From: Candidatus Krumholzibacteriia bacterium
GTDB lineage: Bacteria; Krumholzibacteriota; Krumholzibacteriia; WVZY01
Assembly (NCBI GenBank): GCA_046754105.1
Contig: JBHHVD010000027.1
Coordinates: forward strand, 1 to 35,373
Direction of reading: 5' to 3'
DNA: 35,373 nt
Numbering within the stretch: position 1 is the stretch's first letter; each line of letters starts with the position of its first letter. The translations under genes were made by a program, and so were the position numbers. This document shows, piece by piece, positions 10,886-19,759 of the stretch. The notes below the pieces were generated by a model. It worked only from the letters and a program-made list of their open reading frames with translations, was not told the DNA's origin and did not search any database.

Positions 10886-10914
10886 ATTTTATCGGTCGCC
10901 GTGGCGCGCGGCAA
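10886..10914 (-). promoter_or_regulatory. Promoter for the radC-mreBCD-mrdA-rodA-lgt-comF run
   Basis: TTGCCG (10914-10909), 17-nt spacer, TAAAAT (10891-10886). Confidence 0.55.
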
Positions 10915-10921
10915 GGATTCT

Positions 10922-10949
10922 TTGCACCTCATGCAAGCCGTGGTATAGT
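10922..10949 (+). promoter_or_regulatory. Promoter for aspartate kinase
   Basis: TTGCAC, 16-nt spacer, TATAGT with an extended -10 TG; back-to-back with the radC promoter. Confidence 0.6.
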
Positions 10950-11009
10950 CTAGCGTTTCGCGGGCATCGCGGGGGGACTCGCGGCACCCGGACGCCGCGC
11001 CGAAGAGAG

Positions 11010-12200
11010 ATGAAAAACCTGATCGTACAGAAATACGGGGGTAGTTCCCTCGACAGCGCCGCCCGCATCCGTTCGGTTGCAGAAAAAATTTCCGCCCGCG
11101 CCCGGGCGGAAACGCGGATCATCGCGACTGTATCCGCAATGGGCAGTTCCACCGACGACCTCATCCAGCTCGCCCGTGAGATCACGCCGAATCCTCCCCG
11201 GCGAGAGCTCGACATGCTCCTGACCGTGGGCGAGCGTACGTCGATGGCACTCTTGTCGATGGCGCTGAACACGATCGGCTGCGCCGCGATTTCTTTCACG
11301 GGGTCCCAAAGCGGCATCGTCACCAACTTCAGCCATACCAGGGCCCTGATCGAGGAGATCCGGGCCGACCGCATCCGGCGCGAACTGGGGAGGGGAAGAG
11401 TCGTGATCGTGGCCGGTTTCCAGGGTGTGAGCCGGGATAAGGAAATCACCACGCTCGGGCGTGGGGGATCGGATACGACGGCGGTGGCGCTGGCGGCGGC
11501 GCTGGGTGCCGGACGATGTGAAATCTACTCCGACTACGCAGGCGTCTTCACCGCGGATCCGCGAATTGTGCCCTCGGCACGCCCCATTCCCCAGCTCGGG
11601 TACGACGCCATGCTCGAACTTGCGATGCTGGGCGCGCGGGTGCTACACTACCGCGCGGCCGATATCGCCAGGCGCTACCGGGTGCCCCTGCGCCTGTCGT
11701 CCAGCTTCGAGGATAGCGAAGGAACGTGCGTCCCGGAGGACGCGTCAATGGAGTCAGCGAAAGCAACGAGCGTTACGTGCAACCGGCACGTGCGGTGGGT
11801 GCATCTCGGCGGAGAAGAGGCGACGCTGGCCGATTTCTCGCAGCGCATCGGTGCGACGGATATTCAGATCATGGCGTACGACAAGGCGCGGCCCGGGGGA
11901 CGGACGGAGCTTACGCTCATCGTCGACGAGCGGGACGCCGATATGCTGGCTGCGGCCATCGAAGCCGTCCCGGGGCTCTCGGCCGAAACACGCGACGACC
12001 TGGCAACGGTATCCGTGGTTGGTGACGGGTTCGCCGGCAGCGCCGCCACCGTAGCCCGCTTCGAGCGCGTCCTTAGCGACGCCGGCATCGCCGTCACCGT
12101 GGTCAAGAGCGCCGCCCGCTCCGTGACCGCAGCCGTTCCCGCCGGCGACTGCCGGCGGGCGGTAGAGGCCCTCCACGCCGCCTTCGTCGAGCCGGGCTAG
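11010..12200 (+). CDS. lysC: Aspartate kinase (monofunctional, alpha subunit)
   Basis: MKNLIVQKYGGSS, VSAMG, VAGFQG, TTLGRGGSDTTA, GVFTADPR, and a C-terminal ACT-like region. Start moved to ATG 11010. Confidence 0.93.
   Translation: MKNLIVQKYGGSSLDSAARIRSVAEKISARARAETRIIATVSAMGSSTDDLIQLAREITPNPPRRELDMLLTVGERTSMALLSMALNTIGCAAISFTGSQSGIVTNFSHTRALIEEIRADRIRRELGRGRVVIVAGFQGVSRDKEITTLGRGGSDTTAVALAAALGAGRCEIYSDYAGVFTADPRIVPSARPIPQLGYDAMLELAMLGARVLHYRAADIARRYRVPLRLSSSFEDSEGTCVPEDASMESAKATSVTCNRHVRWVHLGGEEATLADFSQRIGATDIQIMAYDKARPGGRTELTLIVDERDADMLAAAIEAVPGLSAETRDDLATVSVVGDGFAGSAATVARFERVLSDAGIAVTVVKSAARSVTAAVPAGDCRRAVEALHAAFVEPG
11748..12200 (+). CDS. Probable in-frame aspartate kinase beta subunit (internal start)
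   Basis: GGAGGA at 11735-11740 lies 7 nt before the in-frame ATG (Met247, MESAKATSV) at the kinase/ACT boundary. Confidence 0.6.
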   Translation: MESAKATSVTCNRHVRWVHLGGEEATLADFSQRIGATDIQIMAYDKARPGGRTELTLIVDERDADMLAAAIEAVPGLSAETRDDLATVSVVGDGFAGSAATVARFERVLSDAGIAVTVVKSAARSVTAAVPAGDCRRAVEALHAAFVEPG

Positions 12201-12229
12201 CCCCCGCCGGCGCTTGCCGAGCGATATCG

Positions 12230-13468
12230 TCAGGTACCGCCCCCTGAGCCGCCGCGGCTTTCGATCTGGCGAACTTGCTCCCGTGCAAAGTCTACCCACC
12301 GATCCTCCGGGTAGGCGTCGACGATCTTGCGGTAGAACATCCGTGCTCTACGGACGTTCGCGAGCGTGTGCCGGTACAGGCCCGCGGCGCGCAGCAACGC
12401 AAAGGCGGCCTCGTTGTGAAGAGGGTAATCTCGCCCGAAGTTCTCGTAGGCCTTGACCGCGACCTGCGGCTTGAGGTTGCGCTCGAGGCCGAAGGCGAGG
12501 TTCAAGTGGTACTCGGATGAGAGCGTGAAGCGCTCGTCTCCCCGTAGCGCTTCCACGTAGACCGATTCGGTTTCGCCCCGCTGCCCCTGGTCGATGAGGA
12601 GCTCACACGCCCGCCGGTAGTTCTTGCTGGCCCCTTCCCGGGTGCCCGTAAGGATCATCGCCCGTGCGAGGGACGCGTAGGCCTGCGCGTCGTGCGGCTG
12701 GTGGGTCAGGTAACTGATATAGGCGCCCTGGGCCGCGTACGGCTTGCCGTCCCTCAGGTAGCGGTGCCCCCTCTCGAGGAACGCCTCGATGCTCCCCTCG
12801 CGGTATTGCCCGAACGCGGCCGCCACGAGGCCCCCCCACGCGAAACCGGCAACGTGGCTGACGTACGCCACCTGGGCGGGCGTGCCGTCGAGCTGGGCCA
12901 GCCCCCGTGCCGTCTGCATGATGAACCACAGCCCGATGGCCAGGACCGACGGAATCTCCGCCCGGCCGGCGCGCGTGTACGCCTGCAGGGGGAAGAAAAC
13001 CCAGTAGGCGACGACCAGCTTGCTGCGGATAAAGCGCACGGTGAAGGCCCCCAACAGGCCCGAGATCGCGCCGGAGGCGCCGATGATGCCCGTGTAGGGA
13101 TCGCCGAAAAAGCGCGTATTGAAGGCGCCCTGCCAGTAGTTCCCGATCGCGGCGGAGGTGAGGAAGACGACGGTGAAGAGCACCGGACCCATGCGGTCTT
13201 CCACGTAGCGGCCGAAGAAGGTCAGGTAGAGGAGATTGCCGACGAGATGCGCGTACCCGAGGTGCAGAAACGCCGATGCCATGGAGTCGACCACGCCCCC
13301 GCCCTGCGGGACGTAGATGAGGTTATAGAGGTCGAAGGGCACGAGGCCTGGAAAGTAGCGAAACGAGGCGAACACGACCACGCAGATCGCCGCGTACACC
13401 GAAGTCATCACGGGAAACCGTCGAATCTGCGCACTAATGCCAATCGGCAGGTAGTAAAAGAAATACAT
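12230..13468 (-). CDS. Rhomboid intramembrane serine protease with C-terminal TPR-like helical domain
   Basis: FLHLGYAHLVGNLLYL, catalytic GASGAISG and SHVAGF; TPR-like tail (EAAFALLRAAGLY...YRKIVDAYP). ATG 13468 has a GGAG SD. Confidence 0.9.
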   Translation of the reverse strand: MYFFYYLPIGISAQIRRFPVMTSVYAAICVVVFASFRYFPGLVPFDLYNLIYVPQGGGVVDSMASAFLHLGYAHLVGNLLYLTFFGRYVEDRMGPVLFTVVFLTSAAIGNYWQGAFNTRFFGDPYTGIIGASGAISGLLGAFTVRFIRSKLVVAYWVFFPLQAYTRAGRAEIPSVLAIGLWFIMQTARGLAQLDGTPAQVAYVSHVAGFAWGGLVAAAFGQYREGSIEAFLERGHRYLRDGKPYAAQGAYISYLTHQPHDAQAYASLARAMILTGTREGASKNYRRACELLIDQGQRGETESVYVEALRGDERFTLSSEYHLNLAFGLERNLKPQVAVKAYENFGRDYPLHNEAAFALLRAAGLYRHTLANVRRARMFYRKIVDAYPEDRWVDFAREQVRQIESRGGSGGGT

Positions 13469-13592
13469 GGATCTCCACCGGTGGAAACCTTCGGGGCGTG
13501 ATACGTCCGGCGGGGGAAGGATGCAAGTATCGGGCCTCGGTGGCCGGGCCCCGCCCGACCCGCCGGCGGTGCGGGAATCGCAGGGCACGAGA

Positions 13593-13622
13593 GAGGGGCT
13601 CCCCGTGTACGGAGAGCCCCTC
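13593..13622 (-). terminator. Strong hairpin downstream of the outer-membrane protein gene
   Basis: Minus-strand RNA GAGGGGCUCUCCG-UACA-CGGGGAGCCCCUC forms 13 bp including one G-U. The U-tract after it is weak. Confidence 0.55.
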
Positions 13623-13658
13623 GTTTCGCTGTGGTTCGTTGTCAGAACCAGGTGCTGC

Positions 13659-14915
13659 TTAGAAGCGGTAGGTGCCGCTGAGACGCCCGATCGGCGGATC
13701 GGTGTCGTTGGCACCGAAACCGGTCAGCCAGTACCCCAACCGGAAGGGCGTGTCTTGTGACAGCACCGCATCGACATCCCAGTCTCCCAGGTGGAAGCCG
13801 GCGCCGAGGAACCACTCGAAATCAGCACCGGAGAACGGGGATCCCGTCGTCGTGGTGACCGTACCGGCGGCATCGGTCGACTCGGATTTGTCCATGCTCT
13901 TCGTCGCGCCGACGCGCGTGGTCAGCCACGAGTTGATGTCCGACTCCACCGCCATGAAGAACTTGGGCAGCGTCGTCACCTGGAAGTCCGTCTGGTCACC
14001 CGCGGCCGCGTCGGACGGCTCGGTCGAGGACGTCTCGAACTCCGTGGCGAACACCAGCATGTTGCTCGTGTTGACGTCCATGTTGAAGCTGACACCGAGC
14101 GTGAAATCCGTTCCCTTGACGCCGTTCGTGACCGTCGCGGGCACGCTGTTGGCCGAGTACTCGAAGGTCTGGAAGCCGACGTACGGAACCACGGTGACGT
14201 CATCGCGCCATTCCCAGAACAGGCGGCCGGAGATGTCGAAGGCCGTGCTCGAGTCGAACTTGTCGCCGCCGCCGCCGGGGCCGATGCTGTCGCCGCTCGC
14301 GGTGCCGTAGGTGGCCGAGATGTCGAAGTAGGCCTTGTCACCCAGGTCGGCGCGGACCCCCGCGCCAAACGCCGTGAAGGACACATTCTCCTGGGTGCTT
14401 GCCAGGGGAGCGGTGACCTCGCTGCTGGCGTCGGACCGGCTGAAGACGAGCCCGTACGAGAGCTGCTCGAGTTCGTTACCCCAGCCCAGCACGAACTTCG
14501 TCGTCGGCATCAGCGCGCCGGCCGTAGTGCCCGGAACGCCGCCCGCCGACGCGTCACCCAGCGTCGCAAGGGGATTGAACGCGAAGAAGCTCATGTCGTC
14601 GAGCGAGTTCTTGAGCAAAAAGATCGCCCATGTACCCAGCGGGCTGTCCTCGCCCCACGAATACGTGAACCCAAGTGCCTGGTAATTCACGTCAACGCCG
14701 GAGAGCGAACCGTCGGGCGTCGCCTGGCCGCCTTCGGCCATCACCAGGTTTGCGTAGGACGGCAGCGTGCCGTACCAGCGGAAGATATTCGAATCGTCGT
14801 TGATGTAATTGCTGGTACCCGCCAGCGCCTGCACACGGCTGGTCGTGGCAAACGCCGCAGAGGCGACGCAAACGACGAGCAGCGAGAGAACCATCACCTT
14901 GCTTAATCTAAGCAT
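13659..14915 (-). CDS. Uncharacterised outer-membrane beta-barrel protein
   Basis: Signal peptide ending ASAAFA, alternating amphipathic strands, C-terminal LSGTYRF beta-signal, AGGAGGT SD before ATG 14915. Confidence 0.8.
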   Translation of the reverse strand: MLRLSKVMVLSLLVVCVASAAFATTSRVQALAGTSNYINDDSNIFRWYGTLPSYANLVMAEGGQATPDGSLSGVDVNYQALGFTYSWGEDSPLGTWAIFLLKNSLDDMSFFAFNPLATLGDASAGGVPGTTAGALMPTTKFVLGWGNELEQLSYGLVFSRSDASSEVTAPLASTQENVSFTAFGAGVRADLGDKAYFDISATYGTASGDSIGPGGGGDKFDSSTAFDISGRLFWEWRDDVTVVPYVGFQTFEYSANSVPATVTNGVKGTDFTLGVSFNMDVNTSNMLVFATEFETSSTEPSDAAAGDQTDFQVTTLPKFFMAVESDINSWLTTRVGATKSMDKSESTDAAGTVTTTTGSPFSGADFEWFLGAGFHLGDWDVDAVLSQDTPFRLGYWLTGFGANDTDPPIGRLSGTYRF

Positions 14916-15210
14916 GTGAAACCTCCTGACTTCGGACCGGAGCCACGACCGCATTTCGGTCGCTCGGGCTCCAACAGTGCACGAGTGATCAACTCCTCCA
15001 AAAATCCTTTTCAACAATCGTTGTCTGGGCAAACTACGTGTCGAATCTCGCCGTGTAACGAAAGACGGCAAGACGTCCCGAAGCTCGAATCACCTCCTCG
15101 GGTATAAGCCACGAACGACGACGAACCGTATGATATGTAACGCATATAGTCCTGAATCATTCAAACGCGATCGGTACCAGCCTCTTTTCGACCTACGTTT
15201 TCAACGGGCG

Positions 15211-15240
15211 AAGATATAAACCCCGAAAACATCTTGTCAA
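15211..15240 (-). promoter_or_regulatory. Promoter of the beta-barrel gene
   Basis: TTGACA (15240-15235), 18-nt spacer, TATCTT (15216-15211), with an A/T-rich UP-like tract upstream. Confidence 0.55.
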
Positions 15241-15357
15241 TTCTTTTTTTGGGAAAAAAGAGAAGTATTTCACAAATTCCGCGGGAGCGCGGACTTGCAA
15301 GGGGGGGGTTATCGCGTCCTTATGCGTCGAAACCGTTCTTGGCGGGTCCCGGCTCTC

Positions 15358-16398
15358 TCACGCCAGCGGGTCTCGTGTGGACTGCCAGTCCGGCGCGAGT
15401 TTGGACTCGTACAGGGGGTGCGTGGGTTGTAAAGAGCCCACTTTCACCTGGCCGTAGGCGTGCAGAAAGAGTCCGTTCGAAAGATACATCGCGACGTGCC
15501 CGATCTGATCGCCGCTGGCTCCAAAAAAGAGCAGGTCGCCGGTGCGTAGGCGGTCCCGGGAGCGCGCCGGTCTGGCGCTTCCGAAACGCGCCTGCAGATC
15601 CGAGTCTCTCGGCAGCGCCACGCCGTGGAGGCGAAAAATGCGCTGGACGAGCCCGGAGCAGTCGAATCCCTTCGGCGTAGTACCGCCCCACAGGTACGGA
15701 ATCCCCAGGAAGCGCATGCCGGTCGCCGCGAGCAGGTCCCGGGACAGCCGCCGGTGGCGGGGTACGGGTTCCAGGCCCCGCGCCCGCGTAAAACCGGTCT
15801 TGCCGTCTCCGAGCCGTGCCTCCCGCCACCCACGCTTGCCGCACCCGGCCGCCGCCACGAACGTGCCCACCACCGCGTCGGTAACCGGGGGCGACTCCTC
15901 GTCCGGCGACTCGTAGAGCTGGATGATGTTGTCCCGGACCCGGTGCCCGGCTTCCGTGGCGAAGCGATCGACGTCGGCGCCCGAGGTGGCCTTGAGGTGC
16001 CAGCTTCGCACCCAACCGATGTAGCCGTCCTGGAGCCGGACGAGATGCCAGTCTCCCGAGGTCTTGAGCGGAGTCACCGCCTCGCCATAGATGACCTGCG
16101 ACACCAGCTCGCGGCCGTGGTCGGGCTGCCGGCGCACGTCGGCGACACTGCTGCACGCGATGAAGAGCTCCGGCAGCGCGCTGTCCGGCAGGAGAACGTA
16201 CTCGACCACCGGCGCTCCCCTCCCGAGGCTGCTGCGGATCTCACCCTCGACCTGCGCCGACACTTCGCGCGAGCTGCATTCGAATACCAGGGATTTCGCG
16301 TCCGGCGGCACCGGGTAGAGATCGGCGAAGCAGGTGCGCCGGTCGAGAGCATGCTTCTCCAACACCCGGTCGATGATCCTGTGAATCTTGTCGATCAT
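15358..16398 (-). CDS. SH3b + NlpC/P60 (C40) peptidase, YkfC-like gamma-D-glutamyl endopeptidase
   Basis: GIPYLWGGTTPKGFDCSGLVQ, LPRDSDLQ, GHVAMY, LHA; SH3-like SQVIYGE...DGYIGWV. No signal peptide. Confidence 0.88.
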   Translation of the reverse strand: MIDKIHRIIDRVLEKHALDRRTCFADLYPVPPDAKSLVFECSSREVSAQVEGEIRSSLGRGAPVVEYVLLPDSALPELFIACSSVADVRRQPDHGRELVSQVIYGEAVTPLKTSGDWHLVRLQDGYIGWVRSWHLKATSGADVDRFATEAGHRVRDNIIQLYESPDEESPPVTDAVVGTFVAAAGCGKRGWREARLGDGKTGFTRARGLEPVPRHRRLSRDLLAATGMRFLGIPYLWGGTTPKGFDCSGLVQRIFRLHGVALPRDSDLQARFGSARPARSRDRLRTGDLLFFGASGDQIGHVAMYLSNGLFLHAYGQVKVGSLQPTHPLYESKLAPDWQSTRDPLA

Positions 16399-16410
16399 GG
16401 GATTGCCGGC

Positions 16411-17247
16411 CTAACTACGCGCGTCCTTCAGCCTGGGGTCGAGAACGTCGCGAAACGCGTCCCCGAGCAGATTGAACCCGAGTACGGCGAGGGTAATGCC
16501 GATGCCGGGCGCGAGGCTCAACCACGGGGCGACCCGCAGGTAGTCCAGCCCGGAGCTGATCATCGAACCCCAGCTCGGTGTCGGGGGCTGCGCGCCGAGC
16601 CCGAGAAAACTCATCGAGGATTCCGCCATAATCCCCATTCCCAACCCCATTGAGAATACGATAATGAGCTGTGAAAAACAATTTGGCAGCAGGTGCCGGA
16701 AAATGATGCCGCTATGCCGACCTCCCAGGGACCGTACCGCCATGACGAATTCACGCTCCTTGACCGAGAGCACCTGCGCACGCACGATTCGCGCCACCCC
16801 GGCCCAGCCGACCACGCCCAGGGCGACGATCAACGACACGAGGCTGGGACCGACCGCCGCAATGACCGCGATCAGCAGCAACAGAGCAGGGTAGGCGAGG
16901 GTCACGTCGGCCAGGCGCATGATCAGGCCGTCGAGGCGCCCGCCGTAGTAACCGGCCAAGAGCCCGAGCAGAGTCCCCAGCAGCAGGGACACGAGGCGCG
17001 AGACGACGCTGACTTCCATCGATACGCGCGCGCCGTAGATCAGGCGGCTCATCATGTCGCGGCCAAAAATGTCCGTCCCCAGGGGGTGCGCCCAGGACGG
17101 CGGGCGAAGCGAAGAATCCATGTCGATGGCGTAGGGATCGTACGGGGCGACGAACGGCGCGAGAATCGCCGCCGCCAGCACCACCGCGGCGAGTACGAGT
17201 CCCACCATGCCGCTCCTCTGTGCCACGACCGATCTCAACGTCCGCAT
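16411..17247 (-). CDS. Peptide ABC transporter permease (OppC/DppC)
   Basis: HPLGTDIFGRD, EAA-loop equivalent EFVMAVRSLG, ESSMSFLGLG, NLLGDAFRDVLDP. ATG 17247 overlaps the upstream stop (TAATG). Confidence 0.93.
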   Translation of the reverse strand: MRTLRSVVAQRSGMVGLVLAAVVLAAAILAPFVAPYDPYAIDMDSSLRPPSWAHPLGTDIFGRDMMSRLIYGARVSMEVSVVSRLVSLLLGTLLGLLAGYYGGRLDGLIMRLADVTLAYPALLLLIAVIAAVGPSLVSLIVALGVVGWAGVARIVRAQVLSVKEREFVMAVRSLGGRHSGIIFRHLLPNCFSQLIIVFSMGLGMGIMAESSMSFLGLGAQPPTPSWGSMISSGLDYLRVAPWLSLAPGIGITLAVLGFNLLGDAFRDVLDPRLKDARS

Positions 17248-18185
17248 TACCCGGACTTCCGTTCCAGTTTGACTCGCGGATCGATCCACGCGTAGAGCAG
17301 ATCGACGAGCAGGTTCACTAACATGAACACCAGTGCCATAAAAAATACCGCCCCCTGGATGGCGGGGACGTCGCGTTTGAGAATTGCGTCGAGTGTAAAC
17401 CGTCCCAGGCCCGGCCAGGCAAAGATCGACTCGGTGAGCACGGCACCACTCAGGTAGCTTCCGAAATCGGTTCCCACCACGGTCACGATCGGCAGCAGTG
17501 CGTTTCTCAGGCCGTGCCCGAACAGTGTCCGCGCCTCGGATACGCCTTTCGCGCGCGCCGTCTGCATGTAGTGCTCGCGGATCACGTCCAACATGCTCGA
17601 CCGTGTGATCCTGGCCACGTAGGCGGTCGACGCCTGCGCCAGCGTGAACGCGGGCAGAACCATGTACTTGAAACTTCCGCCGCCGTATCCCGATGCCGGC
17701 AGCAGCCCCAGTTTCATCGAGAAACAGTAGATCAGGATGACACCGAGCCAGAAAACCGGCATGGATATCCCGACGATCGTGGTTCCCATGGTGACGTAGT
17801 CGAAGGCCGTGCGCCATTTCCAGGCCGCCAGGACACCGACCCCAACACCCACGACGACGGAAATCAGCATGGCGAAGAGCGAAAGCCGGAACGTGAACGG
17901 GAAGCGCTCGCGGACCGACTCCCACACCGGTTGCCCGGTCACGTACGAGGTGCCGAAATCGAGACGGGCGAGACCGGCAATGAAGTGGCCGTACTGCACG
18001 AACAGTGGGTCATCGAGATGCATCTCGCGGCGAAGCTGCTCGATCGTGGCCTGGTCGTAGCGCTCGCCGACCATGCTGAGCACGGGATCTCCGGGGAGCA
18101 CGTAGACTAAGAAAAACGAGACGGTCGCTACTCCGATCAGGACGGGAACAAAGAGAAGAATGCGTTTTACGGTGTAGCTCAGCAC
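17247..18185 (-). CDS. Peptide ABC transporter permease (OppB/DppB)
   Basis: LPGDPV, LDFGTSY, TARAKG, ESIFAWPGLG, DLLYAWIDPR. Start placed at GTG 18185. Confidence 0.93.
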   Translation of the reverse strand: MLSYTVKRILLFVPVLIGVATVSFFLVYVLPGDPVLSMVGERYDQATIEQLRREMHLDDPLFVQYGHFIAGLARLDFGTSYVTGQPVWESVRERFPFTFRLSLFAMLISVVVGVGVGVLAAWKWRTAFDYVTMGTTIVGISMPVFWLGVILIYCFSMKLGLLPASGYGGGSFKYMVLPAFTLAQASTAYVARITRSSMLDVIREHYMQTARAKGVSEARTLFGHGLRNALLPIVTVVGTDFGSYLSGAVLTESIFAWPGLGRFTLDAILKRDVPAIQGAVFFMALVFMLVNLLVDLLYAWIDPRVKLERKSG

Positions 18186-18190
18186 CGGCG

Positions 18191-19759
18191 TCAGCGATTC
18201 CCTTTCGAGCGTTTCCGGACCGATGAGAAATCCTCGCCGAGATACACCACCGGAAACACGTAGTTCTCCACCCGTGGGGAAACTGCGACGAACGTGGTGG
18301 GAAAGTACAGATAGATCCACGGCGCCAATTCGTATACCAGGCTGTCCGCGGCGGCGTAAAGCCGCTCGCCGGCTCCCGGCTCGTAGGCCCTCTGTGCCCT
18401 TTCGATCAGTGCGTCGACTCTCGCGTCGCGGACAAAGGCCCGGTTCCCCCCCGGACCGGCGTTCGAGGAGTGAAAGAGTGGAAACAGAAAGTTCTCGGCG
18501 TCGGGATAATCAGCGTACCAGTCGAGAAAGAAGGCATCCACCCGCCCCTGGGACACCGCCTCCTTGAAGGCACTCCACTCGCGCTTGACGATGGTGACCG
18601 TCACCCCCGCCTGGAGAAGGTACCCCTGAATCGCCTCCACCAGCCGATTGCCTTCCGGGCTTTCACGCTGCCAGATCTCCATTTCGAACCCGTCGGGGAA
18701 CCCCGCCTCGGCAAACATTCGTTTCGCCTCCACCGGATCGAACGGGTAGCCCTCGCGCAGGCGGAATCCCGCGAGCGACGGCGGGATCGCACCCGTGGCG
18801 CGGGTCGCCTGGCCCTGCCCCAGGACCTCTATCAGCCGGTCCACGTCGACCGCGAGATTCAGCGCCTTTCGCACTCGCACATCCCGCAGAGGGCCGCGGC
18901 CGTTGTTCAACCCGATATAGAGCACGCGTAATTCCGGCCGCGACTGCAGGTGGTCCTTCCACTCCGCACTCTCGAGAAACCGCGGCAGTTCGGCGAGGGG
19001 CACCTTCATCATGTCCAGCGTTCCCGATTCGAATTCCGCTATGCGCGTGAATGCTTCGGGTATGATGCGAAACCGGATTTCCTCGAGGGCGGGCCTGGGA
19101 CCCGGGTGGTGTGGATTCGGGCGCAGTGAGAGGAAATCGCCGCGCGCCCACTCGGACAACTGCCACGATCCGGAGCCAACCGGCTCGGCGGCAAAGCCAT
19201 CCCCCGCCGCATCGGCGACGGCTACCGGTACGATGCTTGCCGCAGGCATCGCGAGAAGCTGCAGGAACGGCCGGAACGGCTCGTCGAGCTCCACGACGAC
19301 CGTCGAATCGTCGGGCGCGTCCAGGCCCGCCACCGACCCCGTCTCCCCACGCGAAAACGGTGCCGAACCCCGGATGCGGCCGAGGACCCATTGCCGCGAC
19401 GAGCGGCTGCCCGGAGCGAGCACGCGTGAGAAACTGGCCACGACATCTTCCGCCACGACCCCGCGTCCGTCGGAGAACTTCGCCCGGCGGTCCAGATGGA
19501 ACCGGTACGTTGCGCCGCGGTTCAGTATCTCCCACGACAGAGCCGCGTCCGGCACCACCACACCCTCCGGCGAAAACCGAACCAGCCGCTGAAAGATCAT
19601 CGAGCAAATCTGCCCCTCCGCGACGTCGACGACGAGTGCGGGATCGAGTTTGTTCGGGGATGTCTCCAGAGCGAGATGAAGCGTATTGTCGATCGAGGGA
19701 CCCCGCGAACATCCGAGGCAATATATCGCGAGCAGTAGATGGAGGATCTGCTTGTTCAA
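18191..19759 (-). CDS. Peptide ABC transporter substrate-binding protein (family 5), probable lipoprotein
   Basis: Lipobox-like CLGC, LDPA, PVGSGSW, DVRVRKALNLAVD, WYADYPDAENFL. Confidence 0.92.
   Translation of the reverse strand: MNKQILHLLLAIYCLGCSRGPSIDNTLHLALETSPNKLDPALVVDVAEGQICSMIFQRLVRFSPEGVVVPDAALSWEILNRGATYRFHLDRRAKFSDGRGVVAEDVVASFSRVLAPGSRSSRQWVLGRIRGSAPFSRGETGSVAGLDAPDDSTVVVELDEPFRPFLQLLAMPAASIVPVAVADAAGDGFAAEPVGSGSWQLSEWARGDFLSLRPNPHHPGPRPALEEIRFRIIPEAFTRIAEFESGTLDMMKVPLAELPRFLESAEWKDHLQSRPELRVLYIGLNNGRGPLRDVRVRKALNLAVDVDRLIEVLGQGQATRATGAIPPSLAGFRLREGYPFDPVEAKRMFAEAGFPDGFEMEIWQRESPEGNRLVEAIQGYLLQAGVTVTIVKREWSAFKEAVSQGRVDAFFLDWYADYPDAENFLFPLFHSSNAGPGGNRAFVRDARVDALIERAQRAYEPGAGERLYAAADSLVYELAPWIYLYFPTTFVAVSPRVENYVFPVVYLGEDFSSVRKRSKGNR

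Noticed and set aside
15026..15086. GGGCAAAC...GAAAG...GACG resembling a c-di-GMP-I riboswitch on the plus strand
   Set aside because: Wrong strand for the downstream gene, the spacing and second stem do not fit, and the G-U pairs favour minus-strand folding.
15011..15160. 49-aa upstream ORF (MIQDYMRYISY...) in the barrel-gene leader, minus strand
   Set aside because: No well-placed SD and no recognisable features; cannot be supported without conservation data.
15258..15275. Second Rex-like half-site (AAGAGAA-GTAT-TTCACAA)
   Set aside because: Only one good half-site, inside an AT-rich tract; likely chance.
17248..17925. Apparent N-terminal extension of OppC (504-aa ORF), suggesting a fusion or frameshift
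   Set aside because: It overlaps intact oppB in another frame; the TAATG coupling at 17247 gives a normal start.
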